Origin: Centroscyllium fabricii
Taxonomy: Eukaryota
Direction: 5' to 3'
Assembly: GCA_051313645.2 (NCBI GenBank)
Contig: JBNRSN020000005.1
Location: 148,738,001 to 148,802,000, forward strand
DNA: 64,000 nt
Position 1 is the stretch's first letter, and each line of letters starts with the position of its first letter. The notes below the pieces were generated by a model that ran no database searches, was not told the DNA's origin, and worked only from the letters and a program-made list of their open reading frames with translations. Below are positions 1 to 10,381 of the stretch, in pieces. The translations under genes and the position numbers were made by a program.

Positions 1-101
1 CCTAAAATTGCGTGGCCTTCCCAGCTGGTTGGGCCGGCGGGACCAGAAGCCACCCCGATCAATCCCCGCCAGGTTCCCACCCTTCCGGAAAAATTCCCCC
101 C
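1..101. mobile_element. Terminal end of a Harbinger-family element (runs off window start), inserted into the CR1 LINE
   Basis: Ends aatccccgccaggttcccacccttccggaaaaattcccccc, closely matching the termini at 6815-6855 and 61178-61218. Confidence 0.8.
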
Positions 102-2190
102 ATATTTCCCACCATTAATTTCCCGGTCTCATCATCTAGGGGACCAACATTTACTTTAGCCACCCTTTTTCTTTTTATATAACTGTAGAAACTCTTACTA
201 TCTGTTTTTATATTTTTTGCCAATTTACTTTCATAATCTATCTTCCCTTTCTTAATCAATCTTTTTGTTGTTTTTTGCTGTCTTTTAAAGTTTTCGCAAT
301 CCTCCAACCTCCCCGTAGATTTGGCTACCTTATATGCCCTTGTTTTCTGTCGAATACTATCCTTAATTTCTTTACTTAGCCACGGATGGCTGTCTTTTCT
401 TTTACACCCTTTTCTTCTCAGTGGAATATATTTTTCTTGGAAGTTGTAAAGTAACTCCTTAAATGTACACCACTGATCATGTATCATCTTACCCTTTAAT
501 CTGTTTTTTCAATCCAGTCTGATCAATTCCTCTCTCATACCTACATAGTCTCCTTTATTCAAGCTTAGCACACTTGTTTGAGATCCAACCTTCTCACCCT
601 CTAATTGAATATGGAATTCAACCATGTTATGGTCACTCATTCCAAGGGGATCCTTTACTAGGACATTTTTAATTAATTGTGTCTCGTTACACAGGACCAG
701 ATCTAAGGTTGCTTGCCCCCTGGTCGGTACTGTTCAAGAAACCCATCCCTAATACACTCAATGAACTCCTCCTCATGGCAGCCCTGCCCAATTTGATTTG
801 TCCAATTTATATGATAGTTGAAATCCCCCATAAGTATAGATGTTCCCTTATTACAAGCTTCAATTATTTCTTGATGGATACTCCATCCAACAGAGTTGCA
901 ACTGTTCGGAGGCCTATAGACTACGCCCACTAGTGTTTTTTCCCCTTATTATTCCTTATTTCCACCCAAACTTGGGCGGCACGGTGGCATAGTGGTTAGC
1001 ACTGTTGCCTTACAGCACTGGAGACCCGGGTTCAAATCCAGCCTCGGCTACTATCTGTGTGGAGTTTGCACATTCTCCCCGTGTCTACGTGGGTTTCCTT
1101 CGGGTGCTCCGGTTTCCTCCCACAGTCCAAAGATGTGCGGGTTAGGTTGATTGGCCATGATAAATTGACCCTTAGTGTTAGGGGCATTGAATATGTGGGG
1201 TTATGGGGATAGGGTGGGATATGTGTCAGTGCAGGCTCGAGAGGGATATGGGGACATGGGGACAGGGTACTGGGTTTGGATGATCAGCCATGATCTCATT
1301 GAATGGCGGAGCAGGCTCGAAGGGCCAAATGGCCTAATCCTGCTCCTATCTTCTATGTTTCTATGTTTCTATAAACTGTTTCATTATCCTGATCTTTTGA
1401 CCCAATATAATTTCTCTGTATTACCGTGATTCCTTTCTTTATTAACATAGCCACCCCACCTCCCCTTCCTTCCCGCCTGTCCTTCTTGATCGTTAAATAA
1501 CCTGGTATATTTAATTCCCAGGCATCGTCACCTTGCAGCCATGTTTCTGTAATGGCCACAAGATCATACCCATATGTAGTTATCTGTGCCATTAACTCGT
1601 CTATTTTGTTACGAATGCTACGTGTATTCAGATAGAGAACTTTCAAGTATGTTTTGTGGCACTTCGTTCCTGCTTTACCTTTTACTCCACACCTTCTGTC
1701 CCTCCCTGACACGCTCTGGCTTTTAACTTCCCCACTGTTACCTAAGTCTATGATTTTCTCTGTTATTTTTACTATTTACTCTCTAAAAACCTCCCCCCCC
1801 CCCCCCCCACTAGTTAGTTTAAAGCCTTCTCTACAGCCCTAGTTATATGATTCGCCAGGACTCTAGTCCCAGCACTGGCCAAGTGGAGCCCGTCCCTACG
1901 GAACAGCTCCTTCCTGTCCCAGTACTGGTGCCAGTGACCCTGGAAGCAAAACCCACTTCTCCCACACCAGTCTTTGATCCACGCATTCAACTCTCTAATT
2001 TTATTTACCCTAGCCCAATTTGCTCGTGGCTCAGGTAATAATCCAGAGATTATTACCCTTGAGGTTCTGTTTTTTAATTTAACCCCTAGCTGCTCATACT
2101 CCTTTAACAGAACCTCTTTCCTAGTCCTATCTACGTCGTTGGTACCAACATGGACCACGACAACTGGATCCACCCCCTCCCACATGTTAT
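102..2190 (-). mobile_element. Decayed CR1-type LINE: ORF1 SGNH-esterase region and ORF2 endonuclease N-terminus
   Basis: ORF 1814-2203 has VVHVGTND...DGLHL (esterase-type ORF1); ORFs 1353-1712 (YLNTRSIRNK, AITETWL, RGGGV), 703-930 (GVVYRPP, MGDFN) and 59-487 (PWLSKEI...KSFYSYI) are consecutive ORF2 pieces. Confidence 0.9.
974..1372 (+). mobile_element. tRNA-derived HE1/V-SINE-like SINE nested in the CR1 LINE
   Basis: Head with A box (tggcatagtgg) and B box (ggttcaaatcc), V-domain-like tgtgtggagtttgcacattctccccgtgtct, CR1-like tail ending (ctatgttt)n, short aaact duplication at the flanks. Confidence 0.85.
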
Positions 2191-2927
2191 TACATGTATG
2201 CATGGAGCTCCACTCCCTGCTGGTAAACTTTTAAATGTATTGCAGCATCTGTACTCTTAAAAATATTTAAATAAGCTCTACTTCCGTTTATAATGTACCC
2301 AGGAGGTCCAATGGACACTCTGAGTGCTTTTTAAGCTGCACATGGCGCTGCGTTGGAGCTACACTTCATGTCATGGTGTGAAAGGGCTTTCTCTGGAGTC
2401 AGATTCAGACCTGCCTCTGAAGTTCCACATTCAATTTTTGCATTGTTGCAAAGTCGGAACCATTTTTACAGCAATGCCAAAGCAGCAGTAGAACTGCAAC
2501 CTCAGACAGCAAACAGCGAAGAAAAGAGAAACTCAGAACATTTCCATAAATTCAACCAGAACAGTAGGATGAGGGACTGCAAATTCAAACTGGCAACACA
2601 AAAAAAATAGGTCTAATGTCAAGAATTTCTCTTTCACATAAAGAATTTTCAACACCTGGAAGAAACTTGCCAGTAAGTGGTGGAAGTGAGAAACCTTGAA
2701 TCATTTGAAGCTGTTTTTATATTTCCCTTCTGCTGCTAGCTTCTAACATAGCCCACTGGCAAATGTTCGCTAAACTCACTAGTTAGTACGGTGAAGTAGG
2801 CAGACTGATTTCTCACTGGAGCCTCCCTAAGGACATTAGTCTGTCTGGCCCCACTAAGTTCACTGTTCTGACTGCAGTGGGCATATGGAGTTAAGATACA
2901 GATCAACCATGATTTAATTAAATGGCA

Positions 2928-3640
2928 GAACAGGCTGGAGCGGCTGAATGGCCGACTCCTGCCCCTGTGTACCTGGCTGGAGGGGCTGAATGGCTTCCTG
3001 CTGTCCCTGTGTACATGGCTGGAGGGGCTGAATGACCTCCTACTGTCCCTGTGAACCTGGCTGGAGGGGCTGAATGGCCTCCTGCTGTCCCTGTGTAACA
3101 GGCTGGAGGGGCTGAATGATCTCCTGCTGTTCCAGTGTAACAGGCTAGAGGGGCTGAATGGCCTTCTCCTGTCCCAGCATAACAGGCTGGAGGGGCTGAA
3201 TGGTCTCCTGCTGCTCCAGTGTAACAGGCTGGAGGGGCTGAATGCCCTTTGGCTGTTCCTGTGTAACAGGCTGGAGGGGCTGAATGGCCTTTTGCTGTTC
3301 CTGTGTAACAGGCTGGAGGGGCTGAATGGCCTTTTGCTGTCCATGTGTAACAGGCTGGAAGGGCTGAATGGCCTCCTGCTGTTCCTGTGTAACAGGCTGG
3401 CGGGACTGAATGCCCTTTGGCTGTTCCAGTGTAACAGGCTGGAGGGGCTGAATGGCCTTTTGCTGTTCCTGTGTAACAGGCTGGAGGGGCTGAATGGCCT
3501 TTTGCTGTTCCTGTGTAACAGGCTGGAGGGACTGGATGGCCTCCTCCTATTCCTGTGTAACAGGCTGGAGGGGCTGAATGGCCTCCTGCTGTTCCTGTGC
3601 AACAGGCTGGCGGGGCTGAATGGCCTCCTCCTATTCCTAT
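2928..3640 (+). repeat. 42-bp minisatellite (~17 copies) derived from a CR1/SINE 3' tail
   Basis: Unit gtgtaacaggctggaggggctgaatggccttttgctgttcct, period 42 (3259 to 3301); resembles the tail caggctcgaagggccaaatggcctaatcctgctcct at 1312-1347. Confidence 0.92.
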
Positions 3641-4904
3641 GTTCCTTTGTTGGCGTGCAATTCTCAGTAATGATATCAGGACGTTTAGGTGGCATGACAT
3701 TCCTTCTCTCTGATGTTATGATTTGACATCTGGTGCATTTACAGAGGGGATCGAGTACAGAGAACATTAATTTAGCACCCAGAAATCGGGCGTGATATGG
3801 GCCAATTCCTCCCCGACAGCACAGCAGCTTTATGTGAAGGGTCACTCCCTAATCTATAACCTAGCTTTCTAATTTTCAGTTGCTGATTGGTGTGCTGGAC
3901 ATTTCCTTCATTTGCTATTTTTACTTTACCATTTATTCTGATCTCTTTAACTATATTATGGCCTATTTTGGAAAATTTTAAAACATGATCCTTGAATCTG
4001 TATATTCCTCTAATTTTGGTTTATTCATCACTGGAAAGGCTGGGAAAAAAAGCAGATTTTGCAGAAGGTAATGTGAAAGCTGGAAAGACTTTCCAATACT
4101 CAAAGGGCTAAATGAAAAATCTGTAAATACTGTACAATATGATTTTCAGTCCAGTACGGAATCACTCTTGCAGCTCTTAGTGAGGTAAATGATGTTATGG
4201 GTCAGTCAGGATTTTCAAATGAAACGTGTGCTTTAGGTGATCTGTTGTTACTTTAAAGTGAATCTAAAATGCTGCAATGAATTCAGAAATAATAAATTAT
4301 TTTGCATATTCAAGAGTGTAAATGTATGACAAGGGGTTAGGACTGCAGTTTGGAATTGGGATCTTACTTTACTCTGATATCCTTATTGGCCTCACAACAC
4401 CATGGTTATAAAGTCACCTTTATAGTTTGAATGTGAATTCCAATTAATAGTGTAAAAGTGTGTTCATTCCTGCAATCTCAGATTGTGATGTGAATCTCAA
4501 CTTCAAGAACTGCATCTAAAACTAGCCCGTGAAATGGAAAACTATGAAAAGTATGATTAATTTCACATTGGTCTGGAGTTTCCGCTTGATTGCGTTGGTT
4601 ATTTAGGTGCAATTCACCCAAAATCAGCATAACCCGTGCAAAAGATCACCGAATTTTAAGCGCAAATTACATTTAGCGCAAATTGAGTTTCCACGATCTT
4701 TTGCACTGGTTTAAAAAGCATCGCGCTAAAAGCAAGCCCGACCCACAGAACTGGCCACGTCCCCAAATCGAATTAATGACCATTGGTAGTCTCTGCTAAT
4801 TGCACCGTTTGCGGGGCATCGAGCAGGCTCTAAAATTCAAGCCGGTTCTTTTGGGCGCAAGGACACTTAAAGGCACATTTTAAAAATTAATGAATGTAAT
4901 TTTT

Positions 4905-5066
4905 TATTTTTTTAAATTTAATTCATTGATGGGATGTGGGCGGCGCTGGTTGGCTAGGCCTGCATTTAGTGCCCATCCCTAATTGCCCTTGAGAAGATGG
5001 TGGTGAGCCACCTTCTTGAACCGCTGCAGTCCATATGGTGTAGGTACACCCACAATGTTGTTAGGT
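4905..5066 (-). mobile_element. 3' fragment of the LINE family seen at 10944-12353
   Basis: Near-identical reverse complement of about 12190-12350, including the A-rich tail. Confidence 0.8.
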
Positions 5067-5224
5067 GTATTGCTAAGTAATTGAATGCTGTTCCCCGATA
5101 TAACTAGCAAATGGTTCTGTATACTTTTTAAAAGTTGTTTTCAGTCATTTAAGGTCAGGTTACTCACAGGTGGTGGATTGACACTGATTAGAAATGCTTA
5201 TTTTTTGTGATAAACCCATTTTCA

Positions 5225-5375
5225 GCTGTATTAATCAAACAAAATTTAACACCAAGCCACATAAGAAGATATTAAGACTGCTTGGTCAAAGAGGTAGGTT
5301 TTATGGAGTGTCTTAAAGGAGGAGAGAGAGGTAGAGAAGCGGAGAGGTTTAGGGAGAGAGTTCCAGAGCTTTGCT
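5225..5375 (-). mobile_element. L2-like LINE 3' fragment
   Basis: aaatttaacaccaagccacataagaagatatt...gaggtaggttttatggagtgtcttaaagg, shared with the copies at 16421 and 18515. Confidence 0.7.
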
Positions 5376-6067
5376 TAACCCAGTGTGTTAACTGAAGACA
5401 ATTGAGGGTGATTTGTGTCCCCATTTTCAGGTGGGAAGGAAGCATCAAGTTCCTGCTCCCAAACCACCGGCATTTTCATTGGGGCCTTCACATGGGCGGC
5501 CCAGATAAATGCCTGTTTCATGTGGACGCCTGCTTCAAATATGCAAGTCAGGGTCCGACACCAGATGTAGGAGCCAGATGCAATTTTGAGGTGGGGCATT
5601 GGCACTAGGCATTGAGCAGTCTAACCAGCAGCCCTTAAGTGGACCGACCACGGCAGGCTGCTCTGGAAACAGGTAAGTCTTCCTTTTATCCAGATTTTTG
5701 TGGGTGAGGAGAATCATGAATTAATTTAGGCCTGCGCACAGCCACTGCTTCAGGGGAGGGTCTTCCTCTTCCATCTCCCTCCATTTAATAATGATCTTCC
5801 AACTCATTTCCTCTGTGGCGCCCCTACCTTGTTTCTCCCCCACCTCCCCGATCGGCAAACAGCCTGCAAGCACTGATTCCAGGCTTGCAACTTGCCGGCA
5901 TCGTGCAGATAAAGCCAGCTCATCAAAATTGCTCAGGACTCACAACAAGAATATCATGCAAGGTGAAAATTGGTCCCAATTAATATAAGATTATTTATGC
6001 ATCTGAGCACTGCCTTGGTCTACTGTATAAACTTTAGCATCCACTTCTGACTTTCTCAGACTATATA

Positions 6068-6855
6068 GGGGGGGATTTTCATGTCCCCGTGAGGCGGGGT
6101 TTTGGGCAGCTGGGAGGTGAAAATAGAAAAGTTTGGGGTCCCGCCTCAGCCCGTCGGATCCCCGCCGGTTTTGCATTTTCGGATGGCCACTTTCCCCGCC
6201 CCGAATCCTACATGGTGGCAGCCGGCGGGGATGGTTGTTGAGGTTGTTAAGGGCCCTTAATTGGCATCTGTAATGGCATTTTATGGGCCCTTAGCCATTT
6301 TTAGCCATTTCCCACCCATTCTCCATCACCTTAAACCCCGCTGGGTGAAACCCAGCGGGAGCACAGCGCTGGTCATTACTTTCTCCTTCAAGGTCATGAG
6401 GACATGCTGCAAAATGCTTGGCATGCCTCCAGCACCTTAGAGGAGTACGTTACTCCATGGTGGGTGCACCAGCTGTGGGCAAAAATTGAGAAATCTTAGC
6501 TTTGCACATTTGCTGACAGCCGGTGCCGAGCTGTCAAGGATTTGGAGCCCACCCGCCCACCTGTCAGTCACCAGCACTTGACCTTTCCCATTGGTTCCAC
6601 TCGACTGTGATGTCACAGTGGAGTGCTTCCAAGGGAACTGTCAACAAACAGTGCTGGAACTGTCAATCAACCTGCTCCATCCCCGCTGCAGCCCCGACTC
6701 GATTGAGTCAATTACCACCGGCTGCCACAGGCGGGGATTTAACAAATCAATTAAATGAAAATTGCGTGGGGTTCGCAGGTCTTTGCCCAGGTGGGAGAGG
6801 AACCCGCCCAGACCAATCCCCGCCAGGTTCCCGCACTTCCGGCAAAATCCCCCCC
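6068..6855. mobile_element. Non-autonomous Harbinger-family element (~790 bp)
   Basis: Terminal inverted repeats (TIRs) GGGGGGGATTTT / AAAATCCCCCCC; colinear with the second copy at 60384-61218; both ends match the ends of the autonomous element at 6859-13603. Confidence 0.85.
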
Positions 6856-7112
6856 TAAGGCCGGAATTTTGCCCTAATGGCGGGGAACTGGCGGGGATTG
6901 GTCGGGGCAGGTTTTTGTCCCGCCCGATTAAGTGGCTGCGTTTCCCACGAGATTTTCGTCTAATGACCCAATTAATTCCCCGCCTGTGGGAAGCCTTCCC
7001 AATCACCGATTTCCAGTCAGAAAGTCACACAATATGACGTCAGGATTCGGGTTTCCTTTAATAAATACAGCTCGCCTCCCGTACTGCTCAGCGCTCTGCA
7101 ACCTTCAGCAGG

Positions 7113-9149
7113 ATATCAGAGCGTGAGGGTGCTGCATCGGGCAGCGCGAGGGGATGACCCGCCCCCAAATTTGATGATGCCTCCCTCGACGCATTGCTCG
7201 AGGGGGCAACTACCCAAAGGGAGGTTCTCTTCCCCTCCTCAGGGAGGAATAGACCTCCCTCACAGACTAAGGCTGCATGGCAGCAGGTGGCTGAGGGGGT
7301 CAGCTCTTTGGGCACAACACCCCAGTCCTGGCTGCAGTGTCGCAAGAGATTGCATGACCTTCATCGCACTGCGTGAGTAAGTATTCATTTCCCCTCACCC
7401 TCAATCTCATCCTCCTCACCTCTCCTCACCACAACTTATCTTCACCATTCCCTTCCTGCCCATCCCACTTGCCCATCACATCCAAGCAACCTCACCCATT
7501 CCCTCTCTATCTCTGCTCACACTAACGGTCCTTTCCCTCCATTCAGCCCTCACACTCCCTCTCACTATCATGCTTGCTGCACATCTGGCACCACACAGGG
7601 AGAGCCTTTGGTCTTGCAGGCTCACTGCATCTTTGTCACCCTACAACAAACTTTGCTGGTCACTCGCTGCACCAACTCCTTCCTTCTCACTCAACCTCCA
7701 CTTCTCTGCCTCATTGCAGGAAAAGACAGCCACCAACAAGTGGTACAGCACCGGGACCGGAGGGACCCCCCAGCATCCAGCAGCTCACCACCTGGGAGGA
7801 GGCAGTGCTAGACCTCATTGGGGAGGGGCAAGCCCTGGGAGTGGGTGACGGCGAGGCAGGCATGCAATCTCGAGCTGGTGACAGCATGGTTTAATTATTT
7901 CTCTAACAAGTAACACATGAGACTGGCACAATGAATGTAAAAGCACTGCAGAGGCAGCTCTGCTCAGCTCCTGAATGCTATCTGTATGTAACCTTGCTGA
8001 CATATCTCTAACCTCTGCCTTTACTGCCCCACAGGCCCATCTGCAGCTGGACGGCCAACCAGAGATGAGCACCAGGCTGCCCCTGTCCAGTCCTCAGAGG
8101 AACCTGCCACCACTGAGGGTGCACCGTCAGCACCACAGACTCCACCCGGCACCAGCGCAAATACTAGCACCTCGGTGGGCCCACCTATAGCTACATATGA
8201 CTTGTCACCGGGTGATTCAGACAGCACTAGTGAGCCTCAGCAGATTGTGGAGACAGGGACAGCAGTGCAGAGTCCTAGTCGGAGGGCGCAGGACTCTGCC
8301 AGCTTAGCTGAGCTGCATGTCGACCCAGCGCATTTGGATCCATCAGGCAGAGGACACATGATGGGACTCCAGACACAGATGCAGGCGTCTCTGACAGGAT
8401 TTGTCTCCCAGGTAGCTGCGAGTGTCATGCGAATGGAGGAATCTGTCGCAAGCATGAGAAGCGACCTTGCGGAGTCAGTGGCGCATGATCGCATCACCAT
8501 GGAAAGGATGGCAACCACCATGGAAAGGATGGCGACCACCATGGAAAGGATAGCGACCATGGAGGAGAGGATGGCCACGGCCATCGAGCACATAAGTCGC
8601 CAGTCTTTCGAAGACATGGGCACTGTCCACAATAGATACACATCTCTTGAGCAGCGAGTGGCATCTATTGAGCAGAGGAAACAGACCTTCGTGGAAGTCC
8701 CTCTCAGTAGGACTTCCACCGCAGAAACGGGTCCCCATGGCCCCCCTGAAGTGCAGCAAGGTGCTGTCCAGCCACTTGCTGGCGCTGAGGGGGAGGTGAC
8801 CCATGAGAGGGAGGTTGGTGGTGCAGCTGAAGGAAGTGGGGGCTCCTCTCCAAGCGCTCCCACGTCCACACCACTGCAGAGCCCTCGGTCAGAGGCCCGC
8901 CGGAGTCCCCATGCACCTGAGATGGAAGTCTCATACCCTGCCCAGCCGCAGGAACAGCAGACTGGTAGCGAGCCCCCACAGGCTCGCCACCCCAGAGGAC
9001 GACCGCCAAAGGTGTCCAGACAAGAGCAGCAGGGCACTCAGCAGGGAGCCTCCACATCTGCTGACACCACAGGGATAGCACCACATAGGAGCACTCGCAA
9101 AAGAACAATTAAGCACCCTTTGGCACAACGGGAGTCACTTGGGTGTTAG
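7113..9149 (+). pseudogene. Harbinger Myb/SANT-like DNA-binding protein gene, 3 exons (~7113-7376, 7720-7877, 8035-9149), disrupted
   Basis: Exon 1 reads PAPKFDDASLDALL...REVLF...KAAWQQVAEGV...WLQCRKRLHDL then gtaagt; exon 2 EKTATNK...TGG...LTTWEEAVLDLIG; exon 3 is open and continuous with ORF 8175-9149 (MERMATT coiled-coil-like repeats). TGA stops at 7155 and 7374 are plausibly CGA decay; the start may be ATG>ATA at 7113. Confidence 0.8.
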
Positions 9150-10381
9150 TGTAACAGTCAGTTAGGTGTCCAAAGCAGTGGTCAGACAGCAGACCACTGC
9201 AGGTGCCACCTGATGCAGTTGTCATGTCTGACATCTTGCGAATGGCCCTTCCACATTGAAACCTTATGCAGGCTGGACAGCAATCGGGCAGGCCTCACAG
9301 ATATGCAAGGATGCAGACGCAAAATGGCAGAAGGACTTACAGCAAGACGCATGAGGTTCAATAACAGACTGCAGCTCAATGGTTAACAGTGAAGGTCCTT
9401 GAAACCGGCCTACCTTCATGGTGACGTACACCAGCGAACAGAGGGACTGTATGACTGATGTGTGGTCCAAAGGATGACCAGGTTAACTGAACAAACCACC
9501 TGATGTTTTCGGTACACCAGCAAACACGCCTCAGGGCTGAACTTTAACAGGAACAAAACTTTAAAAGGATGGAGTTGGGCAAAGAAAAGATGGGCCAACT
9601 GCCCAAAGTACCCACGCATCCAACATCATCTGGCTGCAAGTGGCCCCTCACAGCACCTGACCCTGATGGAATGGCCAAGGAGCCATGGTGCCAGTATGCC
9701 TCAGCTCTCACACAGCAAACAAGATCAGGTGGGTGAAGAACCACCAGACATTGACCCTCACCGCCCTCCACAGCTCCTGCCTCAAAACCGGGTGCGCTGC
9801 CCTGGTTTGTCAGAATGTGTCACTCTTGAAAAGGGAGGGGCAGCACATGAGAGGGGCGGAACATGATTGACAATGGATATGAACTTGCAAGCTCAAAACT
9901 GGACTGGCTGAGGTGCAACATTGCTGATAATGACATTTTGACCGTTTCAACCTGCATGTCTGCAGCTGAGATGCCTGGGACATCATTAATGCAGTGATTC
10001 ATAAGTGCTGGTCATCAGTTGAACAACCATGCATGTGGCCATGTTTGCTTAATGTCTTCACTAAACAGCATGTTGCAGTTGCAACCTTTAATGTTTCTGT
10101 GTTCATTATTGCATGTGATGGATGGATGGATGCTTGGGTGGGACCATGTTCATCAAATAAATTTGTGGTGCGTCAGGGGCGTGGGTGAATGCGTGAGCGC
10201 AGAAAGCAGTCACAGGCACTTGGCACCCCCAGACCACACTCCCCCAACCTGCCCCCCGCCCCACACAGATGTCGTTACAGTAGTGGGACTCATGCAGGTA
10301 TGAGCTGTGGAACTGATTGGAGTGTGTCAGTGAGGATGCGCTGTTAGGATGAGGAGAGTAGCACAAGCTGGCTTGAGTAGG

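Noticed and set aside
974-1050. tRNA genes at SINE heads (also near 19985 and 29373)
   Set aside because: A and B boxes are present but continue into SINE body and tail; no complete cloverleaf.
2736-3845. Long ORFs of 369, 260 and 144 aa
   Set aside because: Artefacts of a 42-bp tandem repeat whose unit is divisible by 3; no domain or splice support.
6391-6404. DR2-like AGGTCA-TG-AGGACA in the MITE
   Set aside because: Imperfect, inside a transposon, and not conserved in the second copy near 60753.
8237-9108. Minus-strand ORFs over the Myb exon, and antisense ORFs over LINE RT regions (11351-12028, 53383-53889)
   Set aside because: Antisense shadows of GC-rich coding sequence on the opposite strand.
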